Below are positions 1 to 9,719 of a DNA stretch of 64,000 bases, piece by piece. Origin of the DNA: Candidatus Undinarchaeales archaeon (lineage in GTDB: Archaea; SpSt-1190; JASMDC01); contig JASMDC010000007.1 of NCBI GenBank assembly GCA_030753015.1, positions 1 to 64,000 on the forward strand, in the 5' to 3' direction. Under the pieces are notes generated by a model that worked only from the letters and a program-made list of their open reading frames with translations, was not told where the DNA came from and did no database searches. A program made the translations under genes and the position numbers. Within the stretch, counting starts at the first letter, position 1. Each line of letters opens with the position of its first letter.

Positions 1-62
1 TCAACTGGGTGGTCGACCTGACTGTCGAAGAGGACAAGGGATTGGAGCCGAGAAAAGGTTAG
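1..62 (+). CDS. 3' end of a CDS entering from the left edge (partial)
   Basis: Open frame NWVVDLTVEEDKGLEPRKG* ending TAG at 60-62. Confidence 0.35.
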   Translation, partial: NWVVDLTVEEDKGLEPRKG

Positions 63-110
63 TTATGCAACAAAGCAGATTTCTTCATTGATAAGATCCT
101 CTTCCCGAAG

Positions 111-1181
111 ATGATCATGATCGATACTCCTGGGCGAATCGAGAGCTATGTTCAGCGGCCGTTCGGGAGCATACGGAGCAGACGCCGGTTGGTGTTCAAC
201 TGGGAAAGGGTCCTCGCAGATGTTGAGATCGCGGCCATCAAGACACTCGGGAAGGATGAGGCCGAAGGTATATTCTACCGAACCGGTAAGGAGCTCGGGC
301 TGCGGTACATGTATTTCGGCGGGAGGGCGGTTCCCTCCTTCCTCGCACCTCGGGTCGTCAGATATCTCTTCAGCACCTGGAAGACCACGGGATTCACCAT
401 TGCAGAGAACCTCGAGTTCGATCCTGTCGACAAGAGATTGGTGCTCAATGGAGATGACAATTACATCTGCAGGTTCAGCGGCGGGGGATCCCTTTTCGCA
501 GGATTCGCTGCAGGGATCTTGACATATATCTATGGGATCGAATTCGAGGGAGTTATTACTAAGTGTTCTGGAAGGGGGGATGATGGTTGTGAACTTATCA
601 GTCAGCCCCGGGAGAACGGGGGGATGAGTTATACCTATACGGTCGATGTCGAAGATATCAAACCGGTAAAGGGATATGACGGGAGGAATTTCATCAGCAC
701 GACCTCCAAAGAGCGCATCCCTTCGATCACTGACCTTATCAAGCAGAAGAAGGTAGTCCACGACAAGGAAACTTCCCGCTTCTCCTTGGGTGGGGAGTGC
801 ATCATCCCCATCGAGGTCGGATTCACGGGGATGCTTCTAAAGAACATCGAAGAACAAGGTGCGGAATTCGATGTCCGTATGGAAATCGTGGACAGCGCTC
901 GCGCTATCGGAAAGGATCAATTCCCTCCTAGAGTACCTGAATCCACGAATCTTGTCAAGCTCCGCTCTATCCTGTCGTCCTTCGGATATGGGCTGCCCTT
1001 CATAAGCGTGAAAAAAGACCGCGTTGTCATCGATCTACTCAATCCTCCGTATAGCGGATTCGGTTTCCAATGGAATATTCTCGTGATTCAGGGATTACTC
1101 TCCAGTATTCTCGATTCAAGCCTCAATCTGGAAGAAGTGAAAGAGAAGCGTTCGAGCACAGTACTGCACTTCTCAAGATAG
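111..1181 (+). CDS. V4R (4-vinyl reductase)-domain protein
   Basis: C..F..G..AG.L....G.EF....TKCSGRGDDGCEL V4R signature; a second degenerate V4R-like half. Confidence 0.7.
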   Translation: MIMIDTPGRIESYVQRPFGSIRSRRRLVFNWERVLADVEIAAIKTLGKDEAEGIFYRTGKELGLRYMYFGGRAVPSFLAPRVVRYLFSTWKTTGFTIAENLEFDPVDKRLVLNGDDNYICRFSGGGSLFAGFAAGILTYIYGIEFEGVITKCSGRGDDGCELISQPRENGGMSYTYTVDVEDIKPVKGYDGRNFISTTSKERIPSITDLIKQKKVVHDKETSRFSLGGECIIPIEVGFTGMLLKNIEEQGAEFDVRMEIVDSARAIGKDQFPPRVPESTNLVKLRSILSSFGYGLPFISVKKDRVVIDLLNPPYSGFGFQWNILVIQGLLSSILDSSLNLEEVKEKRSSTVLHFSR

Positions 1182-1212
1182 GGATATCGCCCTTTCCGTG
1201 TGAATAATGGGC

Positions 1213-2181
1213 TCACGGGAGAACGGCGTGTGCCAGATGGCGCTTGAGATAGAAGCATCGGGTATCGCTGGAGATCTCGGTCAATAGGCTTGGGCTGTAC
1301 AGGGTGAAGAGAGCCAGGAACGGGATGAGGATCTCGTATTTCGTCGTACTTATCAACGCGATTCCGAGGATGAATGTCACATACAGGAATCTGGAAAGGT
1401 CGAGGGCCTTCTTCATCCTGTTCAGGTTTATCCTCGCTATGCATATGGACGTCAGAATGACCAATGCCGCCGAAACGGCCAGGAACAGGTTCGGGAGGTC
1501 GAACATGAAGTAGGCGACCGACATAAATACGCATGATATCGCGATGCTCCTTTTCGCATGTGACACGCCCTTGTCCGAGGACTGGACGACGAGGGTTGCG
1601 TACTTGTTCCGGGCATCCTTCTCAAAGTCCTTCAGGTTCTTCATATGGATCAGGAACCAGCATGTCATGAAGAAGAAGCTCCCGATCCCCAATGCCTTCG
1701 TAAACGGCAATCCTAGGAGCAATGCAGAGGAGAATGCAGGGAGTGCGTGGTGCGTAATGGCGCATATCGTGACGTCCGCCATAAGGACGAAGCGTGAGAT
1801 CGTATTGTAGATATAGCCGAGAATGGCCCAAACGAGGAACGTCATGAATATCACCTCGTTCCTCAGTGCCAGCACGAACGACACCAGCACAAGCAGGTTG
1901 ATCGCGTGCTGGTGATATCCGGGGAGGTCGTAATCCCCGTCGAGCTTGGCATTATGGATCGCAACGGCGGCGTATACGAACACCCATGTGCTCCCGAGAA
2001 AGAGCAGGTCAAGACTGACTTTGTTGACAAGGGCCGCCACTACGAGGATGGAAGTAAGACCTGTGATAGTGCGAAGTATCCTCATCGATTTCAGAAGCTC
2101 TCGAAAGGTTCCCTTCTTTATTCCCACGATAGGTTTCTGTCCCCCCGATCGCGAGCTTCGCCGAATGACCTCGCTCGACAT
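1213..2181 (-). CDS. UbiA prenyltransferase family membrane protein
   Basis: Multiple TM helices; degenerate NxxxDxxxD motifs (HNAKLDGDYD, KNLKDFEKD..NKYATL). Confidence 0.7.
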   Translation of the reverse strand: MSSEVIRRSSRSGGQKPIVGIKKGTFRELLKSMRILRTITGLTSILVVAALVNKVSLDLLFLGSTWVFVYAAVAIHNAKLDGDYDLPGYHQHAINLLVLVSFVLALRNEVIFMTFLVWAILGYIYNTISRFVLMADVTICAITHHALPAFSSALLLGLPFTKALGIGSFFFMTCWFLIHMKNLKDFEKDARNKYATLVVQSSDKGVSHAKRSIAISCVFMSVAYFMFDLPNLFLAVSAALVILTSICIARINLNRMKKALDLSRFLYVTFILGIALISTTKYEILIPFLALFTLYSPSLLTEISSDTRCFYLKRHLAHAVLP

Positions 2182-2230
2182 GGAACGGGAAGTTATCTCG
2201 GTGATATTTTAATATTTCGGTGAATATATA

Positions 2231-2253
2231 ATCCCATTTTATATTAATGGGAT
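2231..2253. promoter_or_regulatory. Palindromic operator-like site in the AT-rich promoter region of the UbiA gene
   Basis: ATCCCATT-N7-AATGGGAT perfect inverted repeat among TATA-like tracts. Confidence 0.45.
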
Positions 2254-2450
2254 ACACGCCACTTTCACACTCGCCCACGAAGCAGCGCCCTGATACGCTC
2301 CTCAAGGGGGGTGGATTGATGTACTCGTCTCCATAACGAGATCACTTTCAGACACCAGCTACCTAGGTGTAGGCCCAGCTGTGTCTATACCTGTTTGGAC
2401 TTGACGGGAACACTCGGACGTGCCGACACGCAGGAAAAGTGATAGAGCCG

Positions 2451-2492
2451 AGAAAAAAGAAATGATCCGGGAGGAGCGTACCCCTCCCGGTC
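2451..2492 (-). terminator. Hairpin plus U-tract downstream of tldD paralog 1
   Basis: Minus strand CCGGGAGGGG-TACG-CTCCTCCCGG followed by ATCATTTCTTTTTT. Confidence 0.6.
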
Positions 2493-2507
2493 TATCCGTT
2501 CGTGGAC

Positions 2508-4526
2508 CTAATCGAGCTTCTTCTCCTTCCAGGGAGTATCGAGCTTCTCGACCTGGCGGTGCTGGCCGGCGTCGACCTCGGACTCGGGGCCGAGGTACAT
2601 ACCGTCGTGCTCCTTGATCTCCTCGCGGATGGACTGGTGGCCTACCCTGTCGAACGGTGTGCCCTGGACGACTATGTCGTCGAGGCGGATGGCGGGCCCT
2701 GCGCACTCGTTGGGCACGCCCTGGCCACCCTTACCACAGGTACCACCGAAGCGCTCGTAGGTGTCGGCGTTGCCGATGGCGCTGATGTTCTTGAGCGCCT
2801 TGAGGGTGTTGTCCATGAGGATGGTACCCTTGATCGGCTGGTCGTACTTGATCTCGCCGTCCTCGATCTTGTAGGCCTCCTTGGGCCAGAAGGCGAAGTT
2901 GCCGTTGAGCTCGACATAGCCGCCCCAGGAGCCGGTCATGTAGATGCCGTCCTTGACGTCCTTGACCATGCCCTCGGTGTCCTCTCCCTTCTCATTGGGA
3001 AGGATCATGGTGTTGGTCATGCGGACCTGGGGCACAGCGTACCAGGCCTCGGCGCGGGCGTTCCCGGTGGACACGAACTCGCGCTTGTCGGCGGCCTCCC
3101 ACGCGCCCTGGATCTCCTGCTGCTTGGCCATGATCTTGGTCATGGCACCGGTCTGGATCTTCTGGAGCTCCTGGCCGATGGCTTCCTGGAAGCCCTCATC
3201 CTGCTGCTTGGTCATCATGTACATGGCCACTTCTTGTTCTGAGGGATCGTCGATGTTATCGTGGTCCTTCATGTAGGTCTTGGCGAAGTCCATCACGGAC
3301 TCCTGGACCTCCTTCTCGATCTCCTTGGAGAGGTCGAAGGTGGACGAGTCGAAACCCTGTTCGCGCATGAACTCGCCCTTCTGGTTGTGGCCGTAGAGGG
3401 CGGCGTCATTGTTGCCCATCAGGTAGTTGGTGAGCACGCCGTCCTTGATGATCTCGGTGCGCTGACTGGGCGTACCCTCATCATCGAACTTGTACGAGCC
3501 GCGGGCCTTGCCGGTGAGCACACCCGTCTGGAGGGCGCGGGCGTCGTCGACCACGTTGAGGCCGTCGACACCGACCTTCTCGCCGAGCTTGCCCTTGAGG
3601 ATGCGGGCGTCGTGGTGCGTGTACATGTCGGCCTCGGTCATGTGACCGAGGGCCTCGTGGATGAACACGCCGGCCATTTCGCCGTCCATGACAACGGTCG
3701 TAGCCCCGGAGGTGAACCGCTTGCCGCCGATGACCTTGAGGGCAGCATCGGCAACGTCCTTACCACGCGCGGTGGTGTCCTTCTCCGTGAGGGCCTTTGC
3801 CACGAGCTCGTAGCCACCTTCGCCGAGGCCGAAGCTGTCGAAGTTGGTGAAATCGATGGGCGTCTCGTACGCAGGGTCCTGCTTCTGTGCCGTGGCCGAG
3901 ATACCGGCGTACGGGCGCGGGATGACCTGGGTGATGTTCGAGCCGTTGGTGTCCACGAACCAGCTCTTGCGCTCGGTCTCCTTGTAGATGCCGCGGGTGT
4001 TGACGATGCCGTCCTTCATGGCAGCCGTCGAGAGCTCCTCGACGAGATCCTGCTTCTCCTTGGCGGTCACGCTGTCGAAAGGCTGGCTCGTCGGGGCCTC
4101 ATAGTGGTCCTGCACCTTCGCCTCGTTCTTGAATGCGTAGATCTTATGGGGTACGGATAGATAGACGCCCGACGCTCCGGCAGATACGAAGGCCTTGCTG
4201 ATGCTCTGGATCGAGTCACCGGACTGGAGGGTCTGCACCGCGTAGGCAGCGAGCTTCTCGAGCCCGTCCTTGGTGGTGTCCTGGGTGATGCCATAGACCT
4301 CCCAGGCCATGCCCTCCTGGTCGAAGCCCACCACGTGGGCCCGGGCACCCTTCATCATCGACTCGCCCTTGCCGTTGAGCTCTCCATCGGTCGCGATATA
4401 AGTAGAGGAGGCGTTCTCCTCGACCGTGAGGGACAGGTAGATCCCCGCCTCAGCGTACTGGTTCACGACCCCGCTCGCAATCTCTGTCTTGGGGGCCATC
4501 TCGCCGTGTACATCATACGCCATCAT
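2508..4526 (-). CDS. tldD: TldD-family metalloprotease (paralog 1) with large insertion
   Basis: FIHEALGHMTEAD (HExxGHxxE), DDEG, TGNAR, RMTNT, CGKGGQ motifs. Confidence 0.9.
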   Translation of the reverse strand: MMAYDVHGEMAPKTEIASGVVNQYAEAGIYLSLTVEENASSTYIATDGELNGKGESMMKGARAHVVGFDQEGMAWEVYGITQDTTKDGLEKLAAYAVQTLQSGDSIQSISKAFVSAGASGVYLSVPHKIYAFKNEAKVQDHYEAPTSQPFDSVTAKEKQDLVEELSTAAMKDGIVNTRGIYKETERKSWFVDTNGSNITQVIPRPYAGISATAQKQDPAYETPIDFTNFDSFGLGEGGYELVAKALTEKDTTARGKDVADAALKVIGGKRFTSGATTVVMDGEMAGVFIHEALGHMTEADMYTHHDARILKGKLGEKVGVDGLNVVDDARALQTGVLTGKARGSYKFDDEGTPSQRTEIIKDGVLTNYLMGNNDAALYGHNQKGEFMREQGFDSSTFDLSKEIEKEVQESVMDFAKTYMKDHDNIDDPSEQEVAMYMMTKQQDEGFQEAIGQELQKIQTGAMTKIMAKQQEIQGAWEAADKREFVSTGNARAEAWYAVPQVRMTNTMILPNEKGEDTEGMVKDVKDGIYMTGSWGGYVELNGNFAFWPKEAYKIEDGEIKYDQPIKGTILMDNTLKALKNISAIGNADTYERFGGTCGKGGQGVPNECAGPAIRLDDIVVQGTPFDRVGHQSIREEIKEHDGMYLGPESEVDAGQHRQVEKLDTPWKEKKLD

Positions 4527-4712
4527 GAGAACCGGCGGCCCAAGGCGCGGAATATATAGTTTTCCTTTACGCTTTCACGACAGAATCGTAACGATACGGA
4601 GGCTGCCGAGCTCAAGAATCGATGGACTGCGACCGTGACACACGGTGTCAGTCCGCTCGGAGCCGGAAAATACGTCCTTTTTTCGGTCAGAAAATAGGCT
4701 ATCTGAGAAGTG

Positions 4713-4743
4713 GCTCCGGGAGGGAGCTTACCACTCCCGGAGC
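4713..4743 (-). terminator. Hairpin downstream of tldD paralog 2
   Basis: GCTCCGGGAG...CTCCCGGAGC inverted repeat related to the paralog-1 hairpin. Confidence 0.55.
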
Positions 4744-4754
4744 TTCCAGCTGTC

Positions 4755-6776
4755 CTAGATGGTCTTCTCCTTCCAGGGTGTCTTGATCTTGTCCACCTGG
4801 CGGTATCCGGCGGCCTCTATCTCGGTCTCGGGGCCGAGGTACATGCCATTGTTGTCCTTGATCTCCTTCCTTATCGCTTGGTGGCCCACCTTGTCGTGGG
4901 GAGTGCCCTGGACGACTATGTCGTCGATGCGGATGGCGGGGCCGGAGCACTCGTTGGGCACGCCCTGGCCGCCCTTGCCGCAGGTGCCGCCGAAGCGCTC
5001 GTACGACTCACCGTTACCGATGGAGCTGATGTTCTTGAGCGCCTTGAGGGTGTTGTCCATGAGGATTGTGCCCTTGATCGGCTTGTCATACTTGATCTCG
5101 CCGTCCTCGATCTTGTAGGCCTCCTTGGGCCAGAAGGCGAAGTTACCGTTGAGCTCGACATAGCCGCCCCAGGAACCGGTCATGTAGATACCGTCCTTGA
5201 CGTCCTTGACCATGCCCTCGGTGTTGGGGCCTTCCTTGTTGGGGAGGATCATTGTGTTGGTCATGCGGACCTGGGGAACAGCGTACCAGGCCTCGGCGCG
5301 GGCGTTGCCCGTAGGGGCGTACTCGTGCTTGTCGGCCTTCTCCCACGCGGCCTGGATATCCTGCGCCTTGGACGCGATCTTGGTCATGAGGCCGGTCTGC
5401 GCCTCCTGCATCACCGGAGTGTAGGCCTTGATGAACGCCTCGTCAGTCTTCCCGTGATCGTTTATGTAGGCGAGCACCGCCTCCTCAGTGGGATCCTTGA
5501 TGCCCTCGTTCTCCTCCATGTAGGTGCGGGCGAAGTCCTTCGTGGTCTTGTTGATCGCGTCGGCGATCTCCTTGGCGAGGTCGAAGCTCTCACCATCACC
5601 CATGCCGTTCTCCTTGACGTACTTGGCGAACTCCTTCTTGGCGTAGATGGATGCCTCGTTGTTGCCCATGAGGAAGTTGGTGAGCACTCCGTCCTTGATG
5701 AGCTCGGTGCGCTGCGAGGGAGTGCCCTCATCATCGTACTTGAATGAGCCACGGGCCTTACCAGAGAGCACGCTGCGCTCGAGCGCGCGGCCATCATCGA
5801 CCACGTTGAGGCCGTCGACGGCGATCTGCTCGCCGAGCTTACCCTTGAGGATGCGCGAGTCGTGCTGGGTGTAGTGGTCGGCCTCTGTCATGTGGCCGAG
5901 GGCCTCGTGGATGAATACGCCGGCCATCTGGCCGTCCATGACCACGGTGGTGGCGCCGGAGTCGTACCGCTCGCCGTTGATGACCTTGAGGGCCGTTTCG
6001 GCAACCTCCTTCCCGCGGGCGGTCGCGTCCTTCTCCGCAAGCGCCTTGGCCACGAGCTCGTAGCCGCCGGAGCCGAGACCGAAGGAGTCGAAGTTGGTGA
6101 AGTCGACGGGGTCCTCGTACGCGGGATCGTCCTTCTGTGCCGTGGCCGAGATACCGGCGTACGGGCGCGGGATGATCTGGGTGATGCGCGAGCCGTTGGA
6201 GTCGGCGAACCAGCTCTTGCGCTCGGTCTCCGCGTAGATGCCACGGGACTTGACGATGCCGTCCTGCATGGCACTTTTTGAGAGCCCCTCCACGAGCTCC
6301 TGCTTCTCCTTGGCGGACACGGAGTCGAATGACTTGCTGGCTTTTGCCTCGTAGTGGTCCTCCACCTTTGTGGTGTTCTCGTAGGCGAGGATCTTGCGGG
6401 GGATCGAGAGGTAGACGCCAGAAGCTGCGCCGGAGACGAGGTTGGAGCTGATGTTCCTGATGGAGTCGGGGGAGCTGATGTTCTTGACGGCGTAATCGGC
6501 GAGCTTCTCCAGACCATCCTTGGTGGTATCCTGGGTGATACCGTAGGCCTCCCACGACATACCGGTCTGGTCCTGAGCCACGACATGCACACGGGCACCT
6601 TTCATGAGGGAGTCGCCCTTACCGTTGAGCTCACCATCGGCGGCCACGTAGGTCGACGATGCGTTCTCCTCGATGGTCAGCGACAGATAGACGCCCATCT
6701 CAGCGTACTGGTCGGCGATCTTGCCGACAGCCTCCATCTTGGGCGCCATGTCACCGTGGATCTCATATACCATCAT
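4755..6776 (-). CDS. tldD: TldD-family metalloprotease (paralog 2) with large insertion
   Basis: Same motifs as paralog 1 with high identity; start placed at MMVYEIHG by alignment to MMAYDVHG. Confidence 0.9.
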   Translation of the reverse strand: MMVYEIHGDMAPKMEAVGKIADQYAEMGVYLSLTIEENASSTYVAADGELNGKGDSLMKGARVHVVAQDQTGMSWEAYGITQDTTKDGLEKLADYAVKNISSPDSIRNISSNLVSGAASGVYLSIPRKILAYENTTKVEDHYEAKASKSFDSVSAKEKQELVEGLSKSAMQDGIVKSRGIYAETERKSWFADSNGSRITQIIPRPYAGISATAQKDDPAYEDPVDFTNFDSFGLGSGGYELVAKALAEKDATARGKEVAETALKVINGERYDSGATTVVMDGQMAGVFIHEALGHMTEADHYTQHDSRILKGKLGEQIAVDGLNVVDDGRALERSVLSGKARGSFKYDDEGTPSQRTELIKDGVLTNFLMGNNEASIYAKKEFAKYVKENGMGDGESFDLAKEIADAINKTTKDFARTYMEENEGIKDPTEEAVLAYINDHGKTDEAFIKAYTPVMQEAQTGLMTKIASKAQDIQAAWEKADKHEYAPTGNARAEAWYAVPQVRMTNTMILPNKEGPNTEGMVKDVKDGIYMTGSWGGYVELNGNFAFWPKEAYKIEDGEIKYDKPIKGTILMDNTLKALKNISSIGNGESYERFGGTCGKGGQGVPNECSGPAIRIDDIVVQGTPHDKVGHQAIRKEIKDNNGMYLGPETEIEAAGYRQVDKIKTPWKEKTI

Positions 6777-6941
6777 ATTCACTCCATCATGTCGCATGTC
6801 GAGCAGTCGCCCTGCCCAACAAGCTTGACAATATATGGCATTGGAACTATATAAATGTTACCCTTATGGAGTAGTAACTGGGGCCCTTTTCGCGGTTCTG
6901 TCCTCTAAGAAGATAAAAAAGTCCTGATAGAAGGGATTTCC

Positions 6942-7124
6942 CTACTCCTCTATATCGATGCTCTCTGAGGGGCACTGGACCTCGCAGGAGCGGCAACCGA
7001 TGCACTCCTCTCCGTTCACCACCTTGGGAACGTCGTCCTGCATCTCGATGACCTCGTTGGGGCACACCTCGGCACAGGTGCCGCACCCATCGCATTTCTC
7101 AAGGTCAATAATGGGCTTGGCCAT
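6942..7124 (-). CDS. 2[4Fe-4S] ferredoxin
   Basis: Two CxxCxxCxxxCP motifs. Confidence 0.93.
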   Translation of the reverse strand: MAKPIIDLEKCDGCGTCAEVCPNEVIEMQDDVPKVVNGEECIGCRSCEVQCPSESIDIEE

Positions 7125-7189
7125 TCATACACCGGACATGCCCTCCGCACCTCATTCTTAAAAAGATTCTCCCACGAGTGGACCGTAGT

Positions 7190-8458
7190 ATGCGTATCGC
7201 TTATTTCGTCTGGGAGTTCCCTCCAAAGATACTCGGGGGTCTTGGGACCTATGCGATGGAGGTGACCGACCAGCTGCAGCGCATGGGCCATGACGTGGTC
7301 GTGTTCACGCTCAACTACGAGGGCGAGTTCAAGACGCGGGAAGTTTTCCCTAACGGGGTCGAGGTGCATCGCCCGAAGATCACTGACTGCTCCACTGTCA
7401 CACCGCTCTTCTTCGGTGAGGGCATACGCAAGTGGGGTGCTGGAGCCATCCGCTTCTTCTCCGATCTTCTGTGCTACAACGTCATCACAGCAACGAAGCT
7501 CGTGCATAGTGTTGCAGAGAAGAAGAAGTTCGATGTCATTGTCGCACACGACTGGTTATCGGCGATCGGCGGCATGATCGCGAAACGGGAGTTGGGGCTG
7601 CCATACGTGCTGCACATACACTCGACCGAACACGGAAGGAGTCAGGGGAAACCATCCGGAGTGATACAGGACATCGAGATGACCGCGGCGAAGGAGGCGG
7701 ACCTGATAGTCACCGTGTCCTACGCCATGCGCGACGAGCTGGGCGGGCTCGACTTCCCTGGTGAGAAGGTGCGCGTCATCTGGAACGCAGTGGACGCTTC
7801 GAAGTATGATCCTGCACGCTTCTCTGACGGGGAACGGGCCGAGGTCAGGCGAAGGCTCGGTGTGGAGGACGACGAACAGCTCATCTTCTTCATCGGCAGG
7901 CTGTCCACCGTAAAGGGACCGGACGCGCTCGTCCGGGCCATGCCGACACTGCTCCGGGAGTTCCCGGGGGCAAAGCTCAACATCGTGGGTCTGGGCGAGC
8001 AGCAGCGCGACCTCGAGATGCTGGTGAAACGCCAGGGGCTCGATGAGCACGTCATCCTAGAGTACAAGTTCATACCCGAGAGCGAGCGCATCCTGCGCTA
8101 TCTCGCAGCGGACGTGGTCGTGTTCCCGTCGAAGTACGAGCCCTTCGGTATCGTGTGCACCGAGGCGATGGCCATGGAACGTCCAGTGGTCGTCGGCGGC
8201 ACCGGTACGTCGGGACTGCGGGAGCAGATCATGCCCTCAGGACCGAACCACTGCGGCTTCCACATAAATCCGCACGATCCCTCGGACATCGCCTGGGGGG
8301 TGGGCGAGTGCCTTCGCGATCCCGAACGCGCCCGAGAGCTGGGGAAGAACGGCCGCAAACGTGTGCTCCAATACTTCACCTGGGAGCAGGCGGCAAAGGA
8401 CACGCTCGAGCTGTACCTGTCGTTGGTTCCCGGGAATGACAAGAAGGACGCAGAATAG
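7190..8458 (+). CDS. GT4 glycosyltransferase (glycogen synthase-like)
   Basis: WEFPP..GGLG, HDW, HSTE.GR, EPFGIVCTEAMA. Confidence 0.9.
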   Translation: MRIAYFVWEFPPKILGGLGTYAMEVTDQLQRMGHDVVVFTLNYEGEFKTREVFPNGVEVHRPKITDCSTVTPLFFGEGIRKWGAGAIRFFSDLLCYNVITATKLVHSVAEKKKFDVIVAHDWLSAIGGMIAKRELGLPYVLHIHSTEHGRSQGKPSGVIQDIEMTAAKEADLIVTVSYAMRDELGGLDFPGEKVRVIWNAVDASKYDPARFSDGERAEVRRRLGVEDDEQLIFFIGRLSTVKGPDALVRAMPTLLREFPGAKLNIVGLGEQQRDLEMLVKRQGLDEHVILEYKFIPESERILRYLAADVVVFPSKYEPFGIVCTEAMAMERPVVVGGTGTSGLREQIMPSGPNHCGFHINPHDPSDIAWGVGECLRDPERARELGKNGRKRVLQYFTWEQAAKDTLELYLSLVPGNDKKDAE

Positions 8459-8524
8459 GACGTGCGGACCTTTCGCACCGACCACATCGTTATAAACGAG
8501 CGTCGCTATCATCTGGATGGCACC

Positions 8525-9715
8525 ATGACGCGCTCCGCTCCCGCCATCCTCCTGGCATGGTTCCTCGTGGCCACTTTGGTAGCGGGGGCCGGTGCCATGC
8601 CGGTCGTAACGGGGGAGCTCGTCATCGATCCGTCACAGGTACCGCCCTCGGTGGGACGTGGATCGTCACTCCCACCCGGCTCCCTGGACTGTGCCCACCG
8701 CGTCACCCTGAGCGCATGCACGCGACAGCCCATCTGCATCTGGACGGACGATGGATCATGCGTCCACGCCGGGCTCGACCAGTGGTTCAAGGACAATCCC
8801 CCGCAACCGATCGGGAAGGTATCGGTCCGTGTATCTGTTGAGGGCATCACCGCGGACGCCGCGTTCGATGCGGCCCTGTTCATCGGGACGGGGTTTGCTC
8901 CTGCTGTCGTGCTCACCTTCCCCGCCGGGACGGGACGCGTGGAGCTCTCGACCCACAACCTCCTGTTCGGTCCAAGCGGGGCCTTGGTGCGCTTGTGCCT
9001 CAACACCACTCCCTGTGATGGGTGGCCGCAGGAATGCGCTGCATGCGTCGAACGTCCTGTCGAGATCGATGAACAGCCGCCCGATCCTTCCCCTGGTCCG
9101 GACGGCACCCGGCCCAAGGTGCGGCTCCATGCGCCCTTCTCCCCGGAGCCCTCCTGGGCGCTCGAGGTCATCCGGGCGGTCGAAGCGCACGTCGAGGTCC
9201 TGGAGCAGGGCTCGGCATGGACGGGCCGGTGCACCCTCAGGCGTGTGGGTGCACCCGATGCCTTTGAGGTCTGCCTCACCGGGGAGCTCAATGTGGATCC
9301 GTGCCCCCCGCTCAAACCGACCGGCCCGAACGGCACCGTGCACAATATACGGTTCACGGGCAACGACGTCGGTGGCTGGTCGGAGGGCAGCTACGAGCTC
9401 TGGTGCACCGTCATCGACGGCTCCGAGAACGAGGACACCATGGCAGAGGTGTTCAAGCTCGTGGGTATCCGGGGGCCTTCCGAGATGGACGGTCCCGAGG
9501 CCACCCCCATCCGCCTCCCTGCCCGTTGCGGCGACGGGGTATGCTGGAGCGGCGAGGACATGGGCTCCTGCTGTCGGGACTGCGGCTGTCCTGTGGGCCG
9601 TGAGTGCGTGGACGGTTCATGCACATCTCTGCGACGGGGCCGGACGCTCGTGCTCTATCTCGTGGCCGGTGCCGTGCTCGCGGTGTCCTGGCTCGCTCTC
9701 CGAAAACGACGGTGA
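8525..9715 (+). CDS. Secreted, C-terminally anchored Cys-rich surface protein
   Basis: Signal peptide, CGDGVC..EDMGSCCRDCGC module, C-terminal TM helix plus RKRR. Confidence 0.7.
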   Translation: MTRSAPAILLAWFLVATLVAGAGAMPVVTGELVIDPSQVPPSVGRGSSLPPGSLDCAHRVTLSACTRQPICIWTDDGSCVHAGLDQWFKDNPPQPIGKVSVRVSVEGITADAAFDAALFIGTGFAPAVVLTFPAGTGRVELSTHNLLFGPSGALVRLCLNTTPCDGWPQECAACVERPVEIDEQPPDPSPGPDGTRPKVRLHAPFSPEPSWALEVIRAVEAHVEVLEQGSAWTGRCTLRRVGAPDAFEVCLTGELNVDPCPPLKPTGPNGTVHNIRFTGNDVGGWSEGSYELWCTVIDGSENEDTMAEVFKLVGIRGPSEMDGPEATPIRLPARCGDGVCWSGEDMGSCCRDCGCPVGRECVDGSCTSLRRGRTLVLYLVAGAVLAVSWLALRKRR

Positions 9716-9719
9716 TGGC

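Noticed and set aside
2461-4745. SECIS-type role for the 3' hairpins of tldD
   Set aside because: No in-frame TGA in the genes and no archaeal SECIS GAA/A internal loop.
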